From assembly GCA_030390025.1 (NCBI GenBank), contig CM059431.1:109246001-109310000 (forward strand): a DNA stretch of 64,000 nucleotides, read 5' to 3'. Made by a program: the position numbers and the translations under genes. Shown here piece by piece: positions 12,754 through 25,950 of this stretch (positions within the stretch are counted from its first letter, which is position 1; every line of letters begins with the position of its first letter). The notes under the pieces were generated by a model that searched no databases, was not told where the DNA came from, and saw nothing but the letters and a program-made list of their open reading frames with translations. This DNA is from Squalus acanthias. Taxonomy: Eukaryota.

Positions 12754-15700
12754 GGGGAGACAATTTTTACTTTCGGCACAGGCAGTAAGATGGTAGTTGC
12801 GACTAGCTGCCCATTATAAACCTCGCCCATTGTACACCTCCTCCATTGTACACCTCGCCCATTGTACACCTCGCCCATTGTACACCTCTCCCATTGTACA
12901 CCTCGCCCATTGTACACCTCTCCCATTGTACACCTCTACCCATTGTACACCTCGCCCATTGTACACCTCTCCCATTGTACACCAAGCCCATTGTACACCT
13001 CGCCCATTGTACTCCTCGCCCATTGTACACCTCTCCCATTGTACACCTCGCCCATTGTACACCTCGCCCATTGTACACCACGCCCATTGTACACCTCTCC
13101 CATTGTACTCCTCGCCCATTGTACTCCTCGTGCATTGTACACCTCACCCATTGTACACCTCGCCCATTATATACATCTCCAATTGTACTTCTCGCCAACC
13201 CTACACCTCTCCCATTGTATACCTCGCCCATTATACTTCTCGCCAACTCTACACCTCGCTCATTATGCTCCTCGCCCATTACGCTCCTCACCCATTCTAC
13301 ACCTCGCCCATTGTACACCTCCCACATTGTACAACTCGCCCATTGTACAACTCGCCCATTGTACACCTCGCCCATGAAACACATTGCCCATTATACACCT
13401 CGCCCATTATACACCTCGCCCATTATACACCTCGCCCATTGTACTCCTCGCCCATTATACACCTCGCCCATTATACACCTCGCCCATTGTACTCCTCGCC
13501 CATTATACACCTCGCCCATTATACACCTCGCCCATTATACACCTCGCCCATTATACACCTCGCCCATTGTACTCCTCGCCCATTATACACCTCGCCCATT
13601 ATACAACTCGCCCATTGTACACCTCGCCCATGAAACACATTGCCCATTATACACCTCTCCCATTGTACACCTCGCCCATTGTACTCCTCGCCCATTATAC
13701 ACCTCGCCCATTGTACACCTCGCCCATTATACACCTCGCCCATTGTACACCTCGCCCATTGTACTCCTCGCCCATTATACACCTCGTCCATTATACTCCT
13801 CGCCCATTGTACTCCTCGCCCGTTATACACCTCGCCCATTGTACTCCTCGCCCGTTATACACCTCGCCCATTGTACTCCTCGCCCGTTATACACCTCGCC
13901 CATTGTACTCCTCGCCCGTTATACACCTCGTCCATTATACTCCTCGCCCATTGTACTCCTCGCCCATCGTACACCTCGCCCATTATAAACCTCTCCCATT
14001 GTACACCTTGCCCATTATATTCCTCGCCCATTGTACACCTCCCACATTGTACAACTCGCCCATTGTACAACTCGCCCATTGTACACCTCGGCCATTATAC
14101 ACATTGCCCATTATACACCTCGCCCATTGTACACCTCGCCCATTGTACTCCTCGCCCATTGTACACCTCGCTCATCGTACACCTCGCTCATTATACACCT
14201 CGCCCATTTTACACCTCGCCCATTTTACACCTCGCCCATTGTACTACTCACCCATTACACACCTCGCCCATGGTACACCTCGCCCATTTTACACCTCGCC
14301 CATTTTACACCTCGCCCATTTTACACCTCGCCCATTTTACACCTCGTCCATTGTACACCTCGCCCATTGTACTCCTCGCCCATTGTACTCCTCGCCCATT
14401 GTACACCTCGCTCATCGTACACCTCGCTCATTATACACCTCGCCCATTTTACACCTCGCCCATTATACACCTCGCCCATTATACACCTCGCCCATTGTAC
14501 TCCTCGCCCATTGTACACCTCGCCCATTGTACTCCTCGCCCATTATACACCTCACCCATTATACACCTCGCCCATTTTACACCTCGCCCATTATACACCT
14601 CGCCCATTGTACTCCTCGCCCATTGTACTCCTCGCCCATTGTACTCCTCGCCCATTATACACCTCGCCCATTGTACTCCTCGCCCATTATACACCTCACC
14701 CATTATACACCTCGCCCATTGTACTCCTCGCCCATTGTACACCTCGCCCATTGTACTCATCGCCCATTATACTCCTCGCCCATTATACTCCTCACCCATT
14801 GTACTCCTCACCCGTTATACACCTCACCCATTGTAATCCTCGCCCATTGTACACCTCGCCCATTGTACACCTCGCCCATTAAACACCTCCCCAATTGTAC
14901 ACCTCGCCCATTATAATTCTCGCCAATTCTACACCTCGCCCATTATACACCTCTCCCATTATTCATCTCGCCCATTAGACACCTCGCCCATTATTCATCT
15001 CGCCCATTATACTCCTCGTCCATTGTACTCCTCGCCCATTGTACACCTCCCCAATTGTACACCTCGCCCATTATAATTCTCGCCAATTCTACACCTCGCC
15101 CATTATACACCTCGCACATTATTCATCTCGCCCATGATACGCCTCGCCCATTATTCATCTCGCCCATTATACTCCTCGTCCATTGTACTCCTCGCCCATT
15201 GTACACCTCGCTCATTGTACACCTCGCCAATTATACACCTCGCCCATTATTCATCTCGCCCATTATACACCTCGCCCATTGTACTCCTCGCCCATTGTAC
15301 TCCTCACCCATTGTACACCTCGCCCATTATACACCTCGTTCATTGTACACCTCGCCCATTATACACCTCACCCATTGTACTCCTCGCCCATTATACACCT
15401 CGCCCATTATACACCTCGCCCATTATACACCTCGCCCATTATACAACTCGCCCATTACACACCTCGCCCATTTTACACCGCGCTCATTGTACACCTCGCC
15501 CATTGTACACCTCGCCCATTGTACACCTCGCCCATTATACTCCTCGCCCATTGTATACCTCGCCCATTATACTCCTCGCCCATTATACACCTCGCCCATT
15601 ATACACCTCGCCCATTTTCCACCGCGCCCATCGTACTCCTCGCCCATTGTACTCCTCGCCCATTGTACACCTCGCCCATTGTACACCTCGCCCATTGTAC

Positions 15701-18700
15701 ACCTCGCCCATTGTACACCTCGCCCATTGTACTCCTCGCCCATTGTACACCTCGCTCATTATACACCTCGCCCATTAAACACCTCGCCCATTATAATTCT
15801 CGTCAATTCTACAGCTCGCCCATTATACACCTCGCCCATTGTACTCCTCGCCCATTGTACTCCTCGCCCATTGTACTCCTCGCCCATTGTACTCCTCGCC
15901 CATTGTACTCCTCGCCCACTGTACTCCTCGTCCATTGTACACCTCGCCCATTGTACACCTCGCCCATTGTACTCCTCGCCCACTGTACTCCTCGTCCATT
16001 GTACACCTCGCCCATTATACACCTCGCCCATTGTACACCTCGCCCATTGTACACCTCGCCCATTGTACACCTCGCCCATTGTACACCTCGCCCATTGTAC
16101 ACCACGCCCATTATACACCACGCCCATTATACTCCTCGTCCATTGTACTCCTCGCCCATTGTACACCTCGCTCATTGTACACCTCGCCAATTATACACCT
16201 CGCCCATTATTCATCTCGCCCATTATACACCTCGCCCATTGTACTCCTCGCCCATTGTACTCCTCACCCATTGTACACCTCGCCCATTATACACCTCGTT
16301 CATTGTACACCTCGCCCATTATACACCTCACCCATTGTACTCCTCGCCCATTATACACCTCGCCCATTATACACCTCGCCCATTATACACCTCGCCCATT
16401 ATACAACTCGCCCATTACACTCCTCGCCCATTTTACACCGCGCTCATGGTACACCTCGCCCATTGTACACCTCGCCCATTGTACACCTCGCCCATTATAC
16501 TCCTCGCCCATTGTATACCTCGCCCATTATACTCCTCGCCCATTATACACCTCGCCCATTATACACCTCGCCCATTTTCCACCGCGCCCATCGTACTCCT
16601 CGCCCATTGTACTCCTCGCCCATTGTACACCTCGCCCATTGTACACCTCGCCCATTGTACACCTCGCCCATTGTACACCTCGCCCATTGTACTCCTCGCC
16701 CATTGTACACCTCGCTCATTATACACCTCGCCCATTAAATACCTCGCCCATTAGAATTCTCGTCAATTCTACAGCTCGCCCATTATACACCTCGCCCATT
16801 GTACTCCTCGCCCATTGTACTCCTCGCCCATTGTACTCCTCGCCCATTGTACTCCTCGCCCATTGTACTCCTCGCCCACTGTACTCCTCGTCCATTGTAC
16901 ACCTCGCCCATTGTACACCTCGCCCATTGTACTCCTCGCCCACTGTACTCCTCGTCCATTGTACACCTTGCCCAATATACACCTCGCCCATTGTACACCT
17001 CGCCCATTGTACACCTCGCCCATTGTACACCTCGCCCATTGTACACCTCGCCCATTGTACACCACGCCCATTGTACACCACGCCCATTATACTCCTCGCC
17101 CATTATGCACCTCGCCCGTTGTACACCTCGCCCATTGTACACCTCGCCCATTGTACACCTCGCCCATTGTACACCACGCCCATTATACACCACGCCCATT
17201 ATACTCCTCACCCATTTTACTCCTCGCCCATTTTACTCCTCGCCCATTTTACTCCTCGCCCATTGTACTCCTCGCCCATTATACACCTCTCCCATTGTAC
17301 TCCTCGCCCATTATACACCTCGCCCATTGTACTCCTCGCCCATTGTACACCTTGCCCATTGTACACCTCGCCCATTTTACACATCGCCCATCGTACACCT
17401 CGCCCATTATTCTCCTCGCCCATTGTACACCTCGCCCATTGTACACCTCGCCCATTTTACACATCGCCCATTTTACACATCGCCCATTGTACACCTCGCC
17501 AAGTGGACACCTCGCCCATTGTACTCCTCGCCCATTGTACTCATCGCCCATTATACACCTCGCCCATTGTACATCTCGCCCATTATACACCTCACCCATT
17601 ATACACCTCGCCCATTGTACTCCTCGCCCATTATACTCCTCGCCCATTATACATCTCGCCCATTATACACCTCATCCATTATACACCTCGCCCATTGTAC
17701 TCCTCGCTCATTGTACACCTCGCCCATTGTACACCTTGCCCATTGTACACCTCGCCCATTTTACACATCGCCCATTGTACTCCTCGCCCATTTTACACCT
17801 CGCCCATCGTACACCTCGCCCATTATTCTCCTCGCCCATTGTACACCTCGCCCATTTTACACCTCGCCCATTGTACTCCTCGCCCATTATTCTCCTCGCC
17901 CATTGTACACCTCGCCCATTTTACACCTCGCCCATCGTACACCTCGCCCATTATTCTCCTCGCCCATTGTACACCTCGCCCATTTTACACCTCGCCCATC
18001 GTACACCTCGCCCATTATTCTCCTCGCCCATTGTACACCTCGCCCATTTTACACCTCGCCCATTGTACTCCTCGCCCATTATACACCTCGCCCATTGTAC
18101 ACCTCGCCCATTCTACACCTCGCTCATTGTACACCTCGCCCATTGTACTCCTCGCCCATTGTACACCTCGCCCATTATACACCTCGCCCATTCTACACCT
18201 CGCTCATTGTACACCTCGCCCATTATACACCTCGCCCATTGTACACCTCGCCCATTGTACACCTCGCCCATTATACACCTCGCCCATTATACACCACGTC
18301 CATTGTACACCACGCCCATTGTACACCTCGCCCATTGTACACCTCGCCCATTGTACACCTCGCCCATTGTACACCTCGCCCATTATTCTCCTCGCCCATT
18401 ATACAGCTCGCCCATTGTACTCCTCGCCCATTGTACACCTTACCCATTATCCTCCTCGCCCATTGTACACCTCGCTCCTTATACACCTCGCCAAGTGGAC
18501 ACCTCGCCCATTGTACTCCTCGCCCATTAAACACCTCGCCCATTGTACTCCTCGCCCATTAAACACCTCGCCCATTGTACTCCTCGCCCATTAAACACCT
18601 CGCCCATTGTACTCCTCGCCCATTATACACCTCGCCCATTTTACACCTCGCACATTTTACTCCTCGCCCATTATACACCTCGCCCATTGTACACCTCGCC

Positions 18701-21700
18701 CATTATACACCTCGCCCATTGTACTCCTCGCCCTTTATATGCCTAGCCAATTATACGCCTCGCCCATTGTACACCTCGCCCATTGTACTCCTCACCCATT
18801 ATATGCCTCGCCAATTATACACCTCGCCCATTGTACACCTCGCCCATTATACACCTCACCCATTGTACACCTCACCCATTGTACACCTCGCCCATTGTAC
18901 TCCTCGCACATTGTACTCCTCGCCCATTGTACACCTCGCCCATTATACACCTCACCCATTATACACCTCGCCCATTATACACCTCGCCCATTGTACTCCT
19001 CGCCCATTGTACTTCTCGCCCATTATACTCCTCGCCCATTATACACCTCGCACATTGTACTCCTTGCCCATTGTACTCCTCGCCCATTATACACCTCGCC
19101 CATTATACACCTCGCCCATTATACACCTCGCCCATTGTACTCCTCGCCCATTGTACTTCTCGCCCAGTATACACCTCGTCCATTACACTCCTCGCCCATT
19201 ATACACCTCGCCCATTATACACCTCGCCCATTATACACCTCGCCCATTATACACCTCGCCCATTATACACCTCGCCCATTATACACCTCGCCCATTATAC
19301 ACCTCGCCCATTATACACCTCGCCCATTATACACCTCGCCCATTATACACCTCGCCCATTATACTCCTCGTCCATTGTACTCCTCACCCATTGTACTCCT
19401 CGCCCATTATATGCCTCACCAATTATACACCTCGCCCATTGTACTCCTCGCCCATTATATGTCTCACCAGTTATACGCCTCGCCCTTTGTACATCTCGCC
19501 CATTATACACCTCACCCATTGTACACCTCGCCCATTATACACCTCGCCCATTATACACCTCGCCCATTGTACACCTCGCCCATTGTACTCCTCGCCCATT
19601 ATACACCTCGCCAATTATACACCTCACCCATTGTACTCCTCGCCCATTATACACCTCGCCCATTGTACCCATCGCCCATTCTGCTCCTCGCCCATTATAC
19701 ACCTCGCCCATTGTACACCTCGCCCATTGTACTCCTCGCACATTATACACCTCGCCCATTGTACTCCTCGCACATTATACACCTCGCCCATTGTACTCCT
19801 CGCCCATTGTACTCCTCGCCCATTGTACTCCTCGCCCGTTATACACCTCGCCCATTGTACACCTCGCCCATTGTACTCCTCGCCCATTGTACTCATCACC
19901 CATTATACTCCTCGCCCATTGTACACCTCGCCCATTGTACTCCTCGCCCATTATACACCTCGCCCATTGTACCCATCGCCCATTCTGCTCCTCGCCCATT
20001 ATACACCTCGCCCATTATACACCTCGCCCATTGTACCCATCGCCCATTATACTCCTCACCCATTATACACCTCACCCATTGTACACCTCGCCCATTGTAC
20101 ACCTCGTCCATTGTACTCCTCACTTATTGTACACCTCGCCCATTGTACACCTCGCCCATTATACACCTCGCCCATTAAACACCTCGTCCATTGTACACCT
20201 CGCTCATTGTACACCTCGCTCATTGTACACCTCGCTCATTATACACCTCACCCATTGTACACCTCGCCCATTGTACACCTCGCCCATTGTACTCCTCGCC
20301 CATTATACACCTCGCTTATTATACACCTCGCCCATTATTCACCTCGCCCTTTATATGCCTAGCCAATTATACGTCTCGCCCAGTGTACACCTCGCCCACT
20401 GTACTCCTCACCCATTGTACTCCTCGCCCATTATATGCCTCGCCAATTATACACCTCGCCCATTGTACTCCTCGCCCATTATACGTCTCACCAGTTATAC
20501 GCCTCGCCCTTTGTACACCTCGCCCATTATACACCTCACCCATTGTACACCTCGCCCATTATACACCTCGCCCATTATACACCACGTCCATTGTACACCT
20601 CGCCCATTATACACCTCGCCCATTGTACACCTCGCCCATTGTACACCTCGCCCATTGTACACCACGCCCATTATACACCTCGCCCATTGTACACCTCGCC
20701 CATTGTACACCTCGCCCATTGTACTCCTCGCCCATTGTACACCTTACCCATTATTTTCCTCGCCCATTGTACACCTCGCTCCTTATACACCTCGCCCATT
20801 TTACACCTCGCCCATTGTACTCCTCGCCCATTATACACCTCGCCCATTATACACCTCGCCCATTATACACCTCGCCCATTGTACTCCTCGCCCATTGTAC
20901 TTCTCGCCCAGTATACACTTCGCCCATTTTACACCTCGCACATTGTACTCCTTGCCCATTGTACTTCTCGCCCATTTTACACCTCGCCCATTGTACTCCT
21001 TGCCCATTGTACTCGTCGCCCATTGTACACCTCGCCCATTATACACCTCGCCCATTGTACTCCTCGCCCATTATACGTCTCACCGGTTATACGCCTCGCC
21101 CATTTTACACCTCGCACATTGTACTACTCGCCCATTATACACCTCGCCCATTATTCACCTCGCCCATTATACACCTCGCCCATTATTCACCTCGCCCATT
21201 ATACACCTCGCCCATTGTACACCTCGCCCATTGTACTTCTCGCCCAGTATACACCTCGCCCATTGTACACCTTGCCCATTGTACTCCTCGCCCATTATAC
21301 ACCTCGCCCATTATAGACCTCGCCCATTATACACCTCGCCCATTGTACTCCTCGCCCATTGTACTTCTCGCCCAGTATACACCTCGCCCATTTTACACCT
21401 CGCACATTGTACTCGTCGCCCATTGTACACTTCATCCATTGTACTCCTCGCCCATTATACACCTCGCCCATTATTCACCTCGCCCATTATACACCTCGCC
21501 CATTGTACTCCTCGCCCTTTATATGCCTAGCCAAATATACGCCTCGCCCATTGTACACCTCGCCCATTGTACTCCTCGCCCATTATACACCTCGCCCATT
21601 ATACACCTCGCCCATTATACACCTCGCCCATTATACACCTCGCCCATTATACACCTCGCCCATTATACACCTCGCCCATTATACACCTCGCCCATTATAC

Positions 21701-24153
21701 ACCTCACCCATTGTACACCTCGCCCATTATACATCTCACCCATTGTACACCTCGCCCATTGTACTCCTCGCCCATTATACACCTCGCCCATTATACACCT
21801 CGCCCATTATACACCTCACCCATTGTACACCTCGCCCATTGTACTCCTCGCCCATTATACACCTCGCTTATTATACACCTCGCCCATTATTCACCTCGCC
21901 CATTATACACCTCGCCCATTGTACTCCTCGCCCTTTATATGCCTAGCCAATTATACACCTCGTCCATTATACACCTCGCCCATTATACGCCTCGCCCAGT
22001 GTACACCTCGCCCATTATATGCCTCGCCAATTATACACCTCGCCCATTGTACTCCTCGCCCATTATATGTCTCACCAGTTATACGCCTCGCCCTTTGTAC
22101 ATCTCGCCCATTATACACCTCACCCATTGTACTCCTCTCCCATTATATGTCTCACCAGTTATACGCCTCGCCCTTTGTACATCTCGCCCATTATACACCT
22201 CACCCATTGTACACCTCGCCCATTGTACACCTCGCCCATTGTACTCCTCGCCCATTATACACCTCGCCCATTATACACCTCGCCCATTGTACTCCTCGCC
22301 CATTATACACCTCGCCCATTATACACCTCGCCCATTGTACCCATCGCCCATTCTGCTCCTCGCCCATTATACACCTCGCCCATTGTACTCCTCGCCCATT
22401 ATACTCCTCGTCCATTGTACACCTCGCCCATTGTACCCATCGCCCATTCTGCTCCTCGCCCATTATACACCTCGCCCATTGTACACCTCGCCCATTGTAC
22501 TCCTCGCCCATTATACACCTCGCCCATTATACACCTCGCCCATTGTACCCTCGCCCATTATACACCTCGCCCATTGTACCCATCGCCCATTCTGCTCCTC
22601 GCCCATTATACACCTCGCCCATTATACACCTCGCCCATTGTACCCATCGCCCATTATACTCCTCGCCCATTGTACTCCTCGCCCATTATACACCTCGTCC
22701 ATTATACACCTCGCCCATTATACACCTCTCCCATTATTCATCTCGCCCATCATACACCTCGTCCATTGTACTCCTCGCACATTGTACACCTCACTCATTG
22801 TACACCTCGCCCATTGTACACCTCGCCCATTGTACACCTCGCTCATTGTACTCGTCGCCCATTGTACACCTCGCCCATTATACACCTCGCCCATTGTACT
22901 CCTCGCCCATTGTACTCCTCGCCCATTATACACCTCGCTTATTATACACCTCGCCCATTATTCACCTCGCCCATTATACACCTCGCCCATTGTACTCCTC
23001 GCCCTTTATATGCCTAGCCAATTATACGTCTCGCCCAGTGTACACCTCGCCCATTGTACTCCTCACCCATTGTACTCCTCGCCCATTATATGATCGCCAA
23101 TTATACACCTCGCCCATTGTACTCCTCGCCCATTATACGTCTCACCAGTTATACGCCTCGCCCTTTGTACACCTCGCCCATTATACACCTCACCCATTGT
23201 ACACCTCGCCCATTATACACCTCGCCCATTATACACCTCGCCCATTGTACTCCTCGCCCATTATACACCTCGCCCATTATACACCTCGCCCATTGTACTC
23301 ATCACCCATTATACTCCTCGCCCATTGTACACCTCGCCCATTGTACTCCTCGCCCATTATACACCTCGCCCATTGTACCCATCGCCCATTCTGCTCCTCG
23401 CCCATTATACACCTCGCCCATTATACACCTCGCCTATTGTACCCATCGCCCATTATACTCCTCGCCCATTGTACACCTCGCCCATTATACACCTCGCCCA
23501 TTGTACCCATCGCCCATTATACTCCTCACCCATTATACACCTCACCCATTGTACACCTCGCCCATTGTACACCTCGCCCATTATACACCTCTCCCATTAT
23601 TCATCTCGCCCATTATACACCTCGTCCATTGTACTCCTCGCACATTGTACACCTCACTCATTGTACACCTCGCCCATTGTACACCTCGCCCATTATACAC
23701 CTCACCCATTGTACTCCTCGCCCATTGTACACCTCGCCCATTATACACCTCGCCCATTATACACCTCGTCCATTGTACACCTCGCTCATTGTACACCTCG
23801 CTCATTGTACACCTCGCTCATTGTACACCTCGCCCATTGTACACCTCGCCCATTGTACACCTCGCCCATTATTCATCTCGCCCATTATACACCTCGTCCA
23901 TTGTACTCCTCACCCATTATACACCTCGTCCATTGTACTCCTTGCCCATTATACACCTCGCCCATTGTACACCTAGCCCATTGTACACCTCGCCCATTAT
24001 ACACCTCGTCCATTATGCACCTCGCACATTATACACCTCACCTATTATACTCCATTGAAGTCAATAGGAAGGAAATTTGGCCGGGGCATATAATGGAGAG
24101 GCCTACATACAACCGCCAATTTACAGCTTGTGCCGAAAGTCCAAATTACCCCC
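12754..24153. mobile_element. Palindromic Harbinger-type MITE (~170 bp of non-array sequence) hosting an 11.2-kb satellite
   Basis: Left arm GGGG..AATTTTTACTTTCGGCACAGGCAGTAAGATGGTAGTTG..GCCCATTATA matches the reverse complement of the right arm, GGGGTAATTTGGACTTTCGGCACAAGCTGTAAATTGGCGGTTG..CTCCATTATA. Central palindrome CCATTGAAGTCAATAG at 24052-24067. Confidence 0.75.
12808..24051. repeat. 16-bp tandem satellite/minisatellite, consensus CGCCCATTRTACWCCT, ~700 units
   Basis: Directly visible 16-bp periodicity over ~11.2 kb. It generates the 16-aa repeat ORFs (LYTSPIVHLAHCTPRP and MGEVYNGRGVQWARCT). Confidence 0.98.
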
Positions 24154-24607
24154 TTGGGATCTTTTACCCGTACAGTCAGTTTAATGTCTCATCTGCAGTC
24201 AAAAACCGTCTTTCCTAATTGTTTGCATCTGATGGTAAAATTAATAAGTTGGTAATTATGGCTGCATGTGTGCAATGGGTAATTAATGAGCAAGCAGGCC
24301 GAGATTTGCCACGGCAGTAATTGTTATCAATGAGCGCAGCAGGACTTTTACAACACTGTGATAACCGGTCAGAGCATTGATATCAACTGTACTGTGATCC
24401 AGTGTAGTATTAGTCAATCCAAAGCTAAATCACAATCACACGCCACCACTAAGGACAAAATAACGCGGCACATGTACAATTACAGCACAATCAATTTGTT
24501 GCTAAGTTTTCCATGAGGAGCCAGCTGGAAAAGTCATAGCCCTTCAAAAGTTTTTTTCACCTCTTTCCACTTGGAACAAATGGTGATATTTATGCTTCAT
24601 TGGGGAA

Positions 24608-24712
24608 GTCATAGAATGAAACAGCACAGCACGAGTCCATTTGGCCCATCATACAAGGGGCCGGCTCTTTGAAAGAGCTTCCCAATTAGTCCCACTCTCC
24701 TGCTTTTTCCCC
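24608..24712 (-). mobile_element. CR1 3' terminal fragment, diverged
   Basis: CATAGAATG..ACAGCACAG..CCATTTGGCCC..CCGGCTCT resembles the CR1 3' ends at 53936 and 57783. Confidence 0.55.
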
Positions 24713-25649
24713 TGTGTAGTGGAACATTCTACACTATTTTCAACCCATTTTGAGCCTTGTTGGGTAAACTACAGCACAGGTGAGATACAGGAGAGTCCGA
24801 ACTTTATTCCCACGGTATTCCTCAGCTTTCATTTCCCAGTTTTCAGAAGCCCGAGTTTTGGTGCGGCATTTCCTTTTTCTTCTGCTATTAATCCTTACGG
24901 CCTCTCTCTCTTATGGTGAGATAGTCCAGTTGGTGCTGAATTATAGGCAGTGTTCTGCCGTAGACTTGAGTTCACTGGGAAATAGATGACGATTACCCTA
25001 ACTCATCCACTGAGCATCAACAACACCCATTTTAGCATCCAACGTGAATAGATTGTATTTGATTCTGACTCGCAGAGATCTTTTCACACAATGCAAGGCA
25101 TCCTGTTCCATTTGTGTGAAGACCCATGGTCTTCCTATAGTGTTCAGTCATCCTCGTCTGAAGGAATGAAAGGCCTCGTAAAAATAGGAGGCACTAATAT
25201 GGTCAATGACATTATTCCCATGTCTGTGAAACACAATGCAGCAGAAAGCATTGCTGGCAATGGTGTTTAAAATGAATTCCAAAGCAAAAAAGACTAGCAT
25301 AAAAAATTGGGCAAGAAAGCAACTCCTTTTTAAGCCTCTCTCTTTTTGGCTAAATTACCTCATTTTCTTTTGTCTCCTCACTACGTGCATCATTTCTCAG
25401 CTGAGAAGGTTGGAAGGAGACCTGCTCCTTGGCTCCTCTGATTCTAAATTGGCTGCTCGGAGGTGTGTGGGAAAGCAGCGTGGGGTGATTGACCCTCCAC
25501 TTTTCCTTCTTTGTGAGCCAGTGGCTGCGCTTTACTCTGTGTTTTCCTCTGATGACTTGGCTAAAATATACTGTGCGACGTGATCACTGACATGGGGCTG
25601 CTTCCTGGCATGTTGGAGCTGTACCTCTACACCATCCTTACCACACAGC

Positions 25650-25866
25650 ATAATCTAGGCCGACGCTCCAGTGCAGTACTGAGGGAGTTCTGCATTGTCG
25701 GAGGAGTCGCCTTTCAGACGTGACGTTAAACTGAGGCCACGTCTTCCCTCTCGGGTGGACTCATAAATTGCATGGCACTATTCGAAGAAAAACAGGGGAG
25801 TTCTACCGGTGTCCTGGCCAATATTTATTCCTCAGCCAAGATCAATAAAACAGATTATCTGGTCAT
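25650..25866 (+). mobile_element. DeuSINE central fragment
   Basis: AATCTAGGC..CCAGTGCAGTACTGAGGGAG..GACGTTAAAC..GTCCTGGCCAATATTTAT..CAGATTATCTGGTCAT. Confidence 0.8.
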
Positions 25867-25907
25867 GTATCCTAAATCCTTTAAATCTTCCTTCTCTTAA
25901 ATGGAAG

Positions 25908-25909
<2 letters not shown>

Positions 25910-25949
<40 letters not shown>
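25910..25949. repeat. (TG)n microsatellite
   Basis: About 19 TG units visible. Confidence 0.95.

Positions 25950-25950
<1 letters not shown>

Noticed and set aside
12808..24051. CRISPR-like array
   Set aside because: Head-to-tail monomers with no unique spacers, no cas genes, and a vertebrate repeat context.
12797..24218. Very long ORFs (up to 1261 aa) rich in P/H/Y/T, resembling extensin- or mucin-like proteins
   Set aside because: All three frames give the same peptide because the unit is 16 nt. There are no unique termini or splice context, and the array lies inside a MITE.
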